Below are positions 53,724 to 63,743 of a stretch of 64,000 nt of DNA, in pieces. Numbering within the stretch: the first letter of the stretch is position 1; every line of letters begins with the position of its first letter. The translations under genes and the position numbers were made by a program. Origin of the DNA: an uncultured Gemmatimonadaceae bacterium (GTDB lineage Bacteria; Gemmatimonadota; Gemmatimonadetes; Gemmatimonadales; Gemmatimonadaceae); NCBI GenBank assembly GCA_963817955.1, contig CAWFQK010000004.1, positions 480,001 to 544,000 of the forward strand, in the 5' to 3' direction. The notes under the pieces were generated by a model, which ran no database searches, was not told the origin of the DNA, and was given only the letters and a program-made list of their open reading frames with translations.

Positions 53724-53862
53724 TGTGTAGGTCTTGGTCGCAGTTGTGGTCGCGGTTCGTTCAGGAAAGGCCCGGCATCGAGCAACAAAGGTCCGTCAGA
53801 TCGCGCGAGCTGTCAGAGTGAAAACCGACAACTTGCCGGACTTTGCTACCCCAGTCCATTCA

Positions 53863-53902
53863 CTTTCCAGGCGTGCGCCTTAAACCACTCGGCCACCCAT
53901 CC
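53863..53902 (-). repeat. att repeat: orphan 5' half of tRNA-Ser(GGA)
   Basis: 40 bp identical to 44213-44252. Identity stops just past the anticodon loop. Confidence 0.95.
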
Positions 53903-53991
53903 TTGAAGGGTCGTTCCTACCTTCCCACAAACTGCAACCGGCGCGATCGGCTCTGACATGCCGCCGCGCCGGTTGGCCATACACATCGAGG

Positions 53992-54081
53992 CGGACAGGG
54001 AGAGATTCGAACTCTCGATACCGGGTTCACCGGTATGCCGGTTTTCGAGACCGGTGCCTTCAACCGCTCGGCCACCTGTCC
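53992..54081 (-). tRNA. tRNA-Ser(CGA)
   Basis: GGACAGGTGGCCGAGCGGTTGAAGGCA-CCGGT-CT-CGA-AA-ACCGG, long variable arm, GTTCGAATC, acceptor CCTGTCC-G. Confidence 0.96.
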
Positions 54082-54094
54082 GAGGCAGCCAACA

Positions 54095-54123
54095 AGATTA
54101 GGCCGTAGATGCTGATGTGTCAA
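54095..54123 (-). promoter_or_regulatory. Promoter of the tRNA-Ser pair
   Basis: TTGACA-N17-TAATCT, 13 bp upstream of tRNA-Ser(CGA). Confidence 0.8.
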
Positions 54124-54604
54124 CGATTTGACGTCGCGCACGAAAGAAGCGCGTCAACATCTCGGCCGATTCGTCACTGCGCACGCCGGCAAGCACCTCG
54201 GGACGATGATTGAGACGCGGGTGGCGCAACAGGTCGGTGACCGACCCCGCCATGCCCGCTTTATCGTCCCATGCGCCGAACACTACCCGTGCGACGCGTG
54301 ACAACACGATCGCCCCGGCGCACATGGCACACGGCTCGAGCGTGATATACACCGTGCAGTCGTCGAGTCGCCAGGCTCCGAGCGCGGCCGCAGCGGCGCG
54401 GATCACCAGCGCCTCGGCGTGTGCGGTTGGATCGTGATCACGGACCGTGCGATTGCCGGCGCGCGCCAACACCTCGCCGTTGCGCACCATCACGGCTCCC
54501 ACCGGCACTTCAGCCGCCGCTTCCGCCGCGCGCGCTTCTGCGAGCGCGAGACTCATCCAGCGATCATCGTCGGGGCGAGGAATCATCCCTCGAATATCAC
54601 CCAC
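54098..54604 (-). CDS. tadA: tRNA adenosine(34) deaminase
   Basis: EVPVGAV; DPTAHAE; TLEPCAMCAGA. Confidence 0.93.
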   Translation of the reverse strand: MGDIRGMIPRPDDDRWMSLALAEARAAEAAAEVPVGAVMVRNGEVLARAGNRTVRDHDPTAHAEALVIRAAAAALGAWRLDDCTVYITLEPCAMCAGAIVLSRVARVVFGAWDDKAGMAGSVTDLLRHPRLNHRPEVLAGVRSDESAEMLTRFFRARRQIVDTSASTA

Positions 54605-54618
54605 ATCAGCCGGCGCCG

Positions 54619-57228
54619 CTACGCGCCGACCGTTTCCTTCGCCGGCTCGTTTGAGAACTCTAGTTTGCCGGTCCCGTCCGGACGCACGATGATCGCGTCT
54701 CCGTCGCCAAATTTGCCCTCGAGCACTGCCATCGCCAGCGGATTCTGGATGAGCCGCTGAATGGAGCGCTTCAGTGGACGCGCGCCGAACGCGGGGTCGT
54801 AGCCGTCCTCGGCGAGCAGACGTTTCGCCTCGGGCGTGACGACGATCGTCATCTTTCGGCCCTCGAGCAATTGCTCCAACCGCTTGAGCTGGAGGTCCAC
54901 AATCTTCTCGATCTGCTCGGTAGCCAGCGGATGGAAGATGATTATGTCATCGACGCGGTTGAGGAACTCCGGCTTGAACTGCTGCCGCAGCGTCGCCATC
55001 ACCTGCGTCTCAACGAGCGCCCAATCACCGCGCGCGTGCTCGAGGATGAACATCGAGCCCAGGTTGGACGTCATGATGATCACCGTGTTGCGGAAATCGA
55101 CCGTGCGCCCCTGCGAATCGGTGAGCCGTCCGTCGTCCAGAATCTGCAGCAGGATATTGAAGACATCGGGGTGGGCCTTTTCGATCTCGTCAAAGAGGAT
55201 CACCGAGTACGGGCGGCGGCGAACCGCTTCCGTCAGTTGGCCTCCCTCTTCGTATCCGATGTAACCCGGCGGCGCGCCGATCAGTCGCGCCACGGCGTGC
55301 TTCTCCATGTACTCCGACATGTCGATGCGTACCATCGCGTGCTCGTCGTCGAAGAGGAACTCCGCGAGCGCACGCGCCGTCTCTGTCTTGCCGACACCAG
55401 TTGGCCCGAGAAAGATGAACGACCCGATCGGTCGATGGGGGTCCTGCAGTCCGGCGCGCGAGCGGCGCACCGCGTTCGCCACGGCGCGCGCGGCTTCTTC
55501 CTGCCCGATCACGCGTTTGGACAATTCCTCGTCGAGCTTCGTGAGGCGCTCGCGCTCGCTCTCGAGCATTCGTGTCACAGGAATGCCCGTCCAGCGCGCC
55601 ACCACTTCGGCAATGTCTTCGGCCGTGACTTCTTCCTTCAGGAATTGCGGGCGGCCGTCCTGGCTAGCGAGCTTCTGCTCCGTTTCATGCATGCGGCGCT
55701 CGAGCTCCGGAATGCGCCCGTACGTGATCTCGGCCGCCCGGTTCAAGTCGCCGCGACGCGTCGCCTGCTCTGCCTCAATGCGCGCCTGGTCGATCTCCTG
55801 CTTGATCTTGCCGACACCGCCCAGCATCTCCTTTTCCTGCTGCCACTGCGCCTTCATCGCCTGCGAGTGCTCGCGCGACTCCGACAGCTCACGTTCGAGT
55901 TCCTCGCGACGCTCCACGGCACCGCGGTCCTTCTCTTTCTGCAGCGCTCGGCGTTCGATCTCGAGCTGCATGATACGACGCTCGACTTCGTCGATTACCT
56001 GCGGCATGGAGTCGATCTCAATGCGAAGGCGCGACGCGGCTTCGTCCACCAGGTCGATCGCCTTGTCAGGCAGAAAACGATCGCCGATGTACCGATGTGA
56101 CAGGGTCGCCGCCGCCATGATCGCGTCGTCGGTGATGCGCACCCCATGGTGCGCTTCATAGCGTTCCTTGAGGCCGCGCAAGATGGCGATGGTGTTCTCC
56201 ACACTCGGCTCGCCGACGTACACCGGCTGGAAGCGGCGCTCGAGCGCCGCATCTTTCTCGACGTGCTGGCGATACTCGTCGAGCGTCGTCGCACCCACGA
56301 CGCGCAGCTCACCTCGCGCCAGCGTTGGCTTGAGCATGTTGCCGGCATCCATCGAGCCTTCGGCCTTCCCCGCCCCCACGATGGTGTGCATCTCGTCAAT
56401 GAAGACGATATACAGGCCCTGCGAATCGGTGATCTCCTTGAGCACTGCCTTGAGGCGTTCCTCGAACTCGCCGCGGAACTTCGCGCCGGCGATGAGCGCA
56501 CCCATGTCGAGCGACACCAGCCGCTTGTTCTTCAGACCCTCCGGCACGTCGCCGTTCACGATCCGCTGCGCGAGCCCCTCGACGATTGCCGTCTTGCCGA
56601 CGCCGGGCTCGCCAATGAGCACCGGATTGTTCTTGGTCCGGCGCGACAGGACCTGGATGACCCGACGGATCTCCTCGTCACGACCGATCACTGGGTCGAG
56701 CTTTCCCTTGCGCGCTGCGTCCGTGAGATCGCGCGTGTAGCGCTGCAGCGCCTGGTACTGGTTCTCAGGACTCTGATCAGTGACCCGGTGCGATCCGCGC
56801 ACGCTCTCGAGCGCAGACACAAGCGCCTCGTGCGACGCACCCATGCCGCTGAGGATGGCTCGCGACTCCGCGCCCTTGGTATCCGACAGCGCGAGGAGCA
56901 GGTGCTCGGTCGACACGTACTCGTCGCCGAGGCGCTTTGCTTCGTCCTCGGCCTTATCGAAGACCTGGTTCAGCTCGCGCGACATGGTCGGCTGCGCATC
57001 GGACTGCTTGGGGTAGCGGTCGATTTCGCGCCCGACTTGCTCTCGGAGCGCGGTGACGCTCGCGCCAAGCTTCTGAAGGACGGGTACTACGATGCTCTCG
57101 TCCTGGCCCAACAGCGCGGCGAGCAAGTGCAGATCGTAGGCGACGGGATTGCCGTTGCGCCGAGCGAGGTTGACGGCCTCGTTCAGTGCTTCACCCGCCT
57201 TGACGGTGAGTTTGTCGGTATTGATCAT
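54619..57228 (-). CDS. clpB: ATP-dependent chaperone ClpB
   Basis: 869 aa with two AAA modules ([16 protein letters not shown]) and a long M-domain. Confidence 0.96.
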   Translation of the reverse strand: MINTDKLTVKAGEALNEAVNLARRNGNPVAYDLHLLAALLGQDESIVVPVLQKLGASVTALREQVGREIDRYPKQSDAQPTMSRELNQVFDKAEDEAKRLGDEYVSTEHLLLALSDTKGAESRAILSGMGASHEALVSALESVRGSHRVTDQSPENQYQALQRYTRDLTDAARKGKLDPVIGRDEEIRRVIQVLSRRTKNNPVLIGEPGVGKTAIVEGLAQRIVNGDVPEGLKNKRLVSLDMGALIAGAKFRGEFEERLKAVLKEITDSQGLYIVFIDEMHTIVGAGKAEGSMDAGNMLKPTLARGELRVVGATTLDEYRQHVEKDAALERRFQPVYVGEPSVENTIAILRGLKERYEAHHGVRITDDAIMAAATLSHRYIGDRFLPDKAIDLVDEAASRLRIEIDSMPQVIDEVERRIMQLEIERRALQKEKDRGAVERREELERELSESREHSQAMKAQWQQEKEMLGGVGKIKQEIDQARIEAEQATRRGDLNRAAEITYGRIPELERRMHETEQKLASQDGRPQFLKEEVTAEDIAEVVARWTGIPVTRMLESERERLTKLDEELSKRVIGQEEAARAVANAVRRSRAGLQDPHRPIGSFIFLGPTGVGKTETARALAEFLFDDEHAMVRIDMSEYMEKHAVARLIGAPPGYIGYEEGGQLTEAVRRRPYSVILFDEIEKAHPDVFNILLQILDDGRLTDSQGRTVDFRNTVIIMTSNLGSMFILEHARGDWALVETQVMATLRQQFKPEFLNRVDDIIIFHPLATEQIEKIVDLQLKRLEQLLEGRKMTIVVTPEAKRLLAEDGYDPAFGARPLKRSIQRLIQNPLAMAVLEGKFGDGDAIIVRPDGTGKLEFSNEPAKETVGA

Positions 57229-57240
57229 GCCGATTGAGGG

Positions 57241-57256
57241 AGCAACCTCGGTGCCT
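57241..57256 (-). promoter_or_regulatory. Putative sigma54 (-24/-12) promoter of clpB
   Basis: AGGCACCGAGGTTGCT (GG-N10-GC) just upstream of the ATG. Confidence 0.5.
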
Positions 57257-57357
57257 CATGAATACGCCAAAGCGGCGGATTTCTGGGATAGGCTAATAAT
57301 AGATCTGCCGATCCGGCGGGCGTCGCCATGGCAAAATAGACGAGCGCCAATTCGAAT

Positions 57358-59193
57358 TTATGAGCGTCGCCACACACGCCCAGTCGCTTGCCGAGTTGTA
57401 TATCCCACCCGGTCGCAATACTCGAGTAATGGGATCAGATACTTACGTGACATGCCAAGGGCTTCCCTCAACTCCGATGGACCAACCTCACCCCCGCCTG
57501 CCATCGCACTCCGCAACCTTTCCACCAGCGCCTCAAGCCGATCTGCGGCATAGTACCGATTGGCTTCGACTTGTACGACTCGTCCCGTTCGCTCCAGGTA
57601 TCGAAGGCAGGCAGCGACGTCGTCGTTGCTTCCCGCCGACAACTCCTCGAGTGAAGGCGGCTCGGAATCAGCTTGTTCCAGGACTGAAAAAAGCGTTTCC
57701 AGCAAAACCGCCTGTTCCACAGTAGGGCGGGGCGACCAACCGGCCAGAAGAATGGCACCCGAACTGCTGATCAGCCCGCCGGACTCGAGTTCGGTCGTCA
57801 GGGCTGATTCCACAATCTCATCACCACCCCGAACAGAGTCTCGTAACCCTTGCGTCGGGATGCCGGTTTCGAGTGGGTGATCCACGTGGTAGCGCTCGAC
57901 CGCCGCAATGAGTTGCGCGCGCAAAGCGGCGAACGTCGACGCGGCGACCACCCAGCGGGACGCCATGACAACAAATCGCTCGGCTGTCGATTCAAGAAGC
58001 CGCCGGCATTCGGCCGCCGACGCGCCCAGCCGAATGGGCAGCGTGGTGACATCGAGCCCTTCGGCGCCCGCCTCGCTCACGAGAGCGTCGAGCCGCTGCT
58101 CGCTCGAGAGTCCCGGTCGCCATGGACGCGCACGTCGCGGCGCATACGGATCTGTGATGACGCCACCGGCTATCGTATTCAACGGTGCCGAACTGCGCAC
58201 AACGAAGCGATCCCCTGCGCGCAGGAGCACCGGTTCATCCAGTACGAGGCGCGCGGCAAACGCGCCGCTCGTGCCGGCGTCACGCGCGACGATACGCACG
58301 CCGACGTCGGACGTGCCGACGTGCAGGCGAAACCACGTCCGAGGGCGAATGGCGAGGTCGACACCCGGCACGAGCGTGACATCGGCGCGCGCGAGACTCG
58401 TCGGACGCCAGCCCTTGTCCGTCACGAGTGTCGATCCATGGGGCACATCGGCGACCTCGACACCGGAAAGCGCCACCGCGGTGCGCGCTCCAGGCTGCGC
58501 CGCATCGAGCTGCACGCCATGTCCCTGAATGGCCCGCACGCGAGCGACCCGCGTGCCTGGCAAGATGCGGACACTGTCATCACGAGTGAGACGGCCGGAC
58601 CAGACCGTGCCGGTCACGACGGTCCCGGTTCCTTTGATCGTGAACACCCGGTCGATCGGAAGCCGGAAGAGATCGCCGCCTGCGCGCGCCGGAATGGATC
58701 GCGCAACGGCACCTAGTGCGTCGCGCAGAGCCTCAATGCCGCGGCCGGTCTGGGCCGAGGTCGGCACAATCGGAGCGTTCGGCAGCGCGGCGAAGGTGGC
58801 CGCGCGGACGTCGTCCTCGACGAGTGCGAGCCAATCGTCGTCGACGAGATCAGTCTTGGTGAGCGCGATGACTCCAGCGCGCACGCCGAGAAGCTGGAGA
58901 ATGGCGAGATGTTCTCGCGTTTGCGGCATCACGCCTTCATCGGCCGCGATGACCACGAGCGCGAGATCGATTCCCGTGGCGCCGGCAACCATGGTGCGAA
59001 CGAACGCTTCATGGCCCGGCACGTCGACAACGCCGATGGTGCCGACGCCGTCGAGCACCAGAGGCGCGAAACCGAGCTCGATCGTGATCCCCCGCCGCCT
59101 CTCTTCCGGCAGACGATCGGTGTCGACACCGGTGAGGGCGCGCACGAGCGTGGTCTTGCCGTGATCAATGTGACCGGCCGTTCCGAGAATCAT
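57358..59193 (-). CDS. selB: Selenocysteine-specific elongation factor
   Basis: MILGTAGHIDHGKT; RGITIELGFA; DVPGHEAF; C-terminal winged helix SRKYLIPLLEYCD. Confidence 0.94.
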   Translation of the reverse strand: MILGTAGHIDHGKTTLVRALTGVDTDRLPEERRRGITIELGFAPLVLDGVGTIGVVDVPGHEAFVRTMVAGATGIDLALVVIAADEGVMPQTREHLAILQLLGVRAGVIALTKTDLVDDDWLALVEDDVRAATFAALPNAPIVPTSAQTGRGIEALRDALGAVARSIPARAGGDLFRLPIDRVFTIKGTGTVVTGTVWSGRLTRDDSVRILPGTRVARVRAIQGHGVQLDAAQPGARTAVALSGVEVADVPHGSTLVTDKGWRPTSLARADVTLVPGVDLAIRPRTWFRLHVGTSDVGVRIVARDAGTSGAFAARLVLDEPVLLRAGDRFVVRSSAPLNTIAGGVITDPYAPRRARPWRPGLSSEQRLDALVSEAGAEGLDVTTLPIRLGASAAECRRLLESTAERFVVMASRWVVAASTFAALRAQLIAAVERYHVDHPLETGIPTQGLRDSVRGGDEIVESALTTELESGGLISSSGAILLAGWSPRPTVEQAVLLETLFSVLEQADSEPPSLEELSAGSNDDVAACLRYLERTGRVVQVEANRYYAADRLEALVERLRSAMAGGGEVGPSELREALGMSRKYLIPLLEYCDRVGYTTRQATGRVWRRS

Positions 59194-59969
59194 GTGGCTC
59201 CTTCTCCCGCCTCTCCCGTCCAGGCATCGCGCTCCCACACATCGAACGCGATCAGCGGCCGTTCGTCGGCCAAATGCTCGCGCACGAACTCGCGAAGCAA
59301 ACGCTGATGGGCACGGACGTCGCTCGTGTCGCTGAGCGAATGTGACGTTCCACCGAGCCAGTCTCGTAACGCGGATCGCGCTGCAGGGGGCAGCGAGCGC
59401 CCGCTGCGCATGAGGTGGCTGCAGCGGTCGCAGATGACGCCGCCGGCTGGATGGCTGAACACCGCGACCGCGCTGGTGTCGATCGCTGCGTGACACTCGG
59501 CGCAATTGTCGATCGTTGGGGCGACGCCGAGCTCGGCAAGCACGCGCCAGGCTCCACCCAGCGTGACGCCCCGCACACGAGCGGAAGACGCCAGAGCAAT
59601 TTCGTCGAGCGCTCCGGCAACGGTGTCGAACAAGCCGGGGTCGGCTGCGTCACGAGCAAACCGCAGGATCAGCTCGGCGATCGCGCTTGCGCCGGTAAAG
59701 CGTGCGAGCTCCTCAGCAAGCCGCGGCCGCGCACGCGTGACGTCGAAATCGCCGAGGGTGTCGAGCTCGCGCCCTGGCTTCACGTGCAATTCGGCCTCTC
59801 CCTGGGCAAACAGATCAAGCGCTGACCCGAACCGTTTCTTCGATCGGCGGACCCCGCGCGCAAGCACGGAACGCACACCCACATCGCGGGTGACCAGCCG
59901 GAGAATCCGCGAGGACTCGAGATAAGCGAAGCTGTGCAGCACGATCGCGTCGGTGACGACAAGGGACAT
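59190..59969 (-). CDS. recO: DNA repair protein RecO
   Basis: TDAIVL..ESSRIL..ARGVRRSKKRF; zinc motif CAEC..GGVICDRC. Confidence 0.92.
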   Translation of the reverse strand: MSLVVTDAIVLHSFAYLESSRILRLVTRDVGVRSVLARGVRRSKKRFGSALDLFAQGEAELHVKPGRELDTLGDFDVTRARPRLAEELARFTGASAIAELILRFARDAADPGLFDTVAGALDEIALASSARVRGVTLGGAWRVLAELGVAPTIDNCAECHAAIDTSAVAVFSHPAGGVICDRCSHLMRSGRSLPPAARSALRDWLGGTSHSLSDTSDVRAHQRLLREFVREHLADERPLIAFDVWERDAWTGEAGEGAT

Positions 59970-60011
59970 GACAGAAAGCTATCTCTCAGTCGCCCCGCGC
60001 GAAGGTGATCA

Positions 60012-61955
60012 TCAGAACGTCACGCGCGCACCAATGAGCACCATGCGGCGTGGCGTCAGAAAGTTGAACACACTCTGGTATTTCACGTCGAACAGGTTCT
60101 CCACGCGAAGCGTGAGGTCGACGCCCGTTGCATCACGGATGAACGCGCCGAGCGCCAGCGACCCGCCGATGTCCGTACGCGTATACGCCGGGACGACCAC
60201 CGGCGTCGCCGGATATGGGCGGAAGTCACGATCGCTACGCGCGCCCACATGCATCATGCGGACGTCGAGACCGCCGGCAGCGCCATGGTACGCCACGCCG
60301 CTGTTCCAGCTCGTAGTGGGTCGGCGAATCAGGGGCTCGTTGCGACGATACAGGCCACCGCTCGTCGTGTCGAATCCCGGATCGAGCACCTTGGTCTCGA
60401 GATGCGTCAGGTTGGCGTCCACAACGAGGCGCGCCGTGGCAGCGAAGCTCGCCTCGAATTCACGTCCGTTGGCGGACGCACGCGCCACATTGCAGTAGCT
60501 GGCGCCGCAGGCCGTGGTCGAGCCCGTGTAGTCGATCATGTTGCGGAAGCGTTGTTCGAACTGTGTCACCCCGAGCGTGAGGCGATCCCCGAGTAGCGCC
60601 TGGCGAACGCCGACATCCCACACCGCCGAGCGCTCTGGGGAGAGCCCGGGGTTTCCGGTGACATAGCCCGTGGCGTAGTTCTCGAAGAATGTCGGCTCGC
60701 GGAATGCGGTGCCGACGGATCCGCGCACGTGCATGCCGCGGAATGCGGGCCAACTCCCGGCGAGGCGATAGGTGCCGAAACGGCCAAACCGCTCGTTCTC
60801 GTCGAGACGGGCGCCGGCGGTGACCACGATTGAATCGGGCAATGTCGAGAGCGTCTGCGCGTAGACGCCAGCGTTGTGGCGCGACGCATGGAAGACCGAG
60901 GTCGACTGAAAGGTGCCAAATACACTCTGGCTTTCCGTGCGCTGGTCCTCCTGCTCAGTCTGCGCGCCGACACTCAACACGGTGGCGGCGGGCAATTCCG
61001 CGTTGGCACGGACGTCCGCACCTCGCCGGCGTGTGTGATCGAGCGATTCGAATCCGCTTGCCGCCGGCGTATCGGGTTGATCGTCGGTGCCGCCGGAGGT
61101 GGCAGACGACGTCACGCTGAGGTGCGCGTCAAGGCGCGGCGTGAAGTAATGACCGAGTTCCACGGCGAGTGTCGTGCGATCGAGGGTGTTCTGGGCATTC
61201 GTGTCCACGACCTCCCCGCCGCTATTCGTGGGATAGTGATAGACGTCGTCACCATAGCGCAGTGACAGGCGAAGGTCCGTAGACGGGTCGAGCAGGAAGT
61301 GCATGGCGCCACTCGCCACGGTATTGTGATACGCGTTGTTGAATGCATAGATGCCGCGCGTATCGTGACGAGCCAGCGCGAACGAATAGTCGCCGCTCCC
61401 GATAGCGCCCAGCACAGTGGCGTCGGCGTCGCGTGAGCCATAGGTCCCGCCGCGCACGGAGAGGATGGTTTTCGGGGCGTCGCGGCCGCGCCGCGTGAAG
61501 ATCTGAATGACGCCGGTGACCGCATCCGCCCCATAGAGCACGCTCGCCGGGCCACGCACGATCTCGATACGTTCGACGTTATCCGTCGTGAGGCTGCCAA
61601 AATCCATCGCGCCGCCAGGGTCATTCGCCGGAACTCCATCGATCAGCACCTTGACGTACTTGCTCTCACCGCCCCGCAGAAAGAGTGCGGTGGTGCCGCC
61701 GAACGAGCCCGATTGGGCGAACGTCATGCCAGGGAGGCTCTGCAAGGCGTCCGCGAGTGACGTGACGCCGCGCAACCGCAGTTCCTCACCGGTCACGACG
61801 GATACCGTGGCGGGCGAGGACGTCGCGCTGACCGGGAGGCGCGTCGCGGTCACGACTGTTGGAGGCAACTTCGTCGTGTCGGCCTGTTGCGCGCCGAGTC
61901 GCGTTGCAGCGAGCGCCGCAACGAGCACGGCGCGGCTGATGGATAATGCGCTCAT
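60012..61955 (-). CDS. TonB-dependent receptor, BtuB-like
   Basis: TonB box VVTATR; FLRGGES..VLIDG; ERIEIVRGPASVLYGADAV.GVI; ends in F. Confidence 0.88.
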   Translation of the reverse strand: MSALSISRAVLVAALAATRLGAQQADTTKLPPTVVTATRLPVSATSSPATVSVVTGEELRLRGVTSLADALQSLPGMTFAQSGSFGGTTALFLRGGESKYVKVLIDGVPANDPGGAMDFGSLTTDNVERIEIVRGPASVLYGADAVTGVIQIFTRRGRDAPKTILSVRGGTYGSRDADATVLGAIGSGDYSFALARHDTRGIYAFNNAYHNTVASGAMHFLLDPSTDLRLSLRYGDDVYHYPTNSGGEVVDTNAQNTLDRTTLAVELGHYFTPRLDAHLSVTSSATSGGTDDQPDTPAASGFESLDHTRRRGADVRANAELPAATVLSVGAQTEQEDQRTESQSVFGTFQSTSVFHASRHNAGVYAQTLSTLPDSIVVTAGARLDENERFGRFGTYRLAGSWPAFRGMHVRGSVGTAFREPTFFENYATGYVTGNPGLSPERSAVWDVGVRQALLGDRLTLGVTQFEQRFRNMIDYTGSTTACGASYCNVARASANGREFEASFAATARLVVDANLTHLETKVLDPGFDTTSGGLYRRNEPLIRRPTTSWNSGVAYHGAAGGLDVRMMHVGARSDRDFRPYPATPVVVPAYTRTDIGGSLALGAFIRDATGVDLTLRVENLFDVKYQSVFNFLTPRRMVLIGARVTF

Positions 61956-61990
61956 GAAGAAATACGACCTGTGAAGAAGTGAGGGCAGGT

Positions 61991-62773
61991 TCAGGAACGG
62001 GACCGCAGGGGCACCAGCGCCGGTGCACCGACAGCGGGATCGCGGGTAACGACCAGCGGCCAGTCGTAGACGCGCTCGAGAACATCGGCGCGCATGACGG
62101 CGTCCGGCGGCCCGGCGGCAGCCACGCTGCCGCGATGAAACAGCACCATCTGATCGGCGAAACGCGCGACAAGATTCAGTTGGTGGCTGACGAGTAGCAC
62201 GGCTTGTCCCGCGCGGGACAGCCGATGCAGGAGTTCGAAGAGTGCCATCTCATGCCCGACGTCGAGGAACGCGGTTGGTTCATCGAGGACGAGGGCTTCT
62301 CCGCCCTGCGCCAGGGCGCGCGCAAGTCTCACACGCTGCCACTCGCCGCCCGACAACGCGTCCACGCGCCTGTGTTGCAGCGCCTCAACTCCCGCCGCGC
62401 GCATGGCATCGGCAATGGCGCGCCGGTCGAGGTCACCCGCTGCATGCCAGACGCCGAGATGTGGAAATCGGCCGAGCGCTACGTACTCCGCCACGGCCAG
62501 CGGAAACGCCATGTCCTCGCGCTGCATCACCACGGCAACATGGCGCGCCAGTTCGGCGCGATCGAAACTGCCAGCATCGCGGCCATCGACGTCAATGCGT
62601 CCCCGTGCGATTGCCGCGCGTCCGATCAGCGCGCGCACGAGCGTGCTCTTGCCGCTGCCGTTCGGCCCAACGATCGCCGTGAACGCACCGCGGCGGGCCT
62701 CGAGCGAGACCCCGGTCAAGGCGTCGGATGCCGCGCGCGGATACCGAACGACGACGTCGTGAAAGCGAATCAC
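61991..62773 (-). CDS. ABC transporter ATP-binding subunit (cobalamin/Fe-siderophore)
   Basis: GPNGSGKS; LSGGEWQRV; LDEPT. Confidence 0.9.
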   Translation of the reverse strand: MIRFHDVVVRYPRAASDALTGVSLEARRGAFTAIVGPNGSGKSTLVRALIGRAAIARGRIDVDGRDAGSFDRAELARHVAVVMQREDMAFPLAVAEYVALGRFPHLGVWHAAGDLDRRAIADAMRAAGVEALQHRRVDALSGGEWQRVRLARALAQGGEALVLDEPTAFLDVGHEMALFELLHRLSRAGQAVLLVSHQLNLVARFADQMVLFHRGSVAAAGPPDAVMRADVLERVYDWPLVVTRDPAVGAPALVPLRSRS

Positions 62774-63741
62774 GCGAGCCGCCGCAGTTTGGTGAGAAAG
62801 AACGGGACACCGATGAGCGCGGTCACGGCGCCGAGCGGTAACTCGGCTGGTGGGCGGATCACGCGGCCGAGCAGATCGGCGAGCACGACGAGCGTAGCGC
62901 CAACGAGCGCGCTCCCGACGAGCAGCGCACGGTGACGCCGCACGCCGGCCGAGCGGACCAGGTGCGGCACGACGAGTCCCACGAACCCAACGAGCCCCGC
63001 GGCAGCAACGGTGGCGGCAGCAACGAGCGATGCGACGATGAATACCAGCCGGACCGCGCGGTCCACCTCGAGTCCCAACCCCGCTGCGGCGTCCTCGCCG
63101 AGCGACAGCACATCGATGCGTGGCCCCAGGAGCACGAGCACGCCCCCGCCGGCGACGATATAGCAGAAGAGCACCGCAACCTGCGGCCAACTCGCGTCGG
63201 CCACGGAACCCATCATCCACCAGAGCGCGTTCCGCACCGTGTTCGCTTCGACGTTCGCAAGGATGACCATGATCGCCGCGTTGGCGAACGCACCAACGAC
63301 GACACCGGCCATGAGCAGAACACGCGGGTCGCCGCGCGCGCCGGCGGCATGCGCCACGGAGAATGCGGCGAGCACCGCGAGCAGCGCCCCGGCGAACGCA
63401 GCGAACGGTAGAATACCCGCCCCAAGACCCAGCGTCGTCGCGACGACTGCGCCAACCGCCGCCCCGCCCGAAACGCCAAGCAGATACGGCTCGGCGAGTG
63501 GATTGCGCATCGTGCCCTGTAGCGCCGCTCCCGACATCCCGAGTCCGGCGCCAACCAGCGCGGCGAGGACGACGCGCGGCAGGCGCAACGTGCGGACGAC
63601 CATCGTGTGCATGGGATCGCCCGATCCGCGAATGGCATCCCACAACTCAGCGAGTGGAATGCGGATGGTGCCAAACGCGATTGCGGCAACGGACGCCGCC
63701 ACGAGGATGACCATGAGGGCCAGCCAGCGCCACCTGGACAT
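62770..63741 (-). CDS. ABC transporter permease (FecCD/BtuC family)
   Basis: LRLPRV; RNPLAEPYLLGVSGGA; GFVGLVVPHL; ELPLGAVTALIGVPFF. Confidence 0.92.
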   Translation of the reverse strand: MSRWRWLALMVILVAASVAAIAFGTIRIPLAELWDAIRGSGDPMHTMVVRTLRLPRVVLAALVGAGLGMSGAALQGTMRNPLAEPYLLGVSGGAAVGAVVATTLGLGAGILPFAAFAGALLAVLAAFSVAHAAGARGDPRVLLMAGVVVGAFANAAIMVILANVEANTVRNALWWMMGSVADASWPQVAVLFCYIVAGGGVLVLLGPRIDVLSLGEDAAAGLGLEVDRAVRLVFIVASLVAAATVAAAGLVGFVGLVVPHLVRSAGVRRHRALLVGSALVGATLVVLADLLGRVIRPPAELPLGAVTALIGVPFFLTKLRRLA

Positions 63742-63743
63742 GA

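Larger units (their letters stand above)
44213..53902. mobile_element. ~9.6-kb integrated PICI-like phage satellite in tRNA-Ser(GGA)
   Basis: Identical 40-bp direct repeats (44213-44252 and 53863-53902) flank integrase, HTH, primase-helicase, resolvase, repressor and small terminase genes. No capsid or tail genes. Confidence 0.88.

Noticed and set aside
54871..57237. Long antisense ORFs opposite clpB and other core genes
   Set aside because: Shadow ORFs caused by high GC3 codon bias, with no recognisable motifs.
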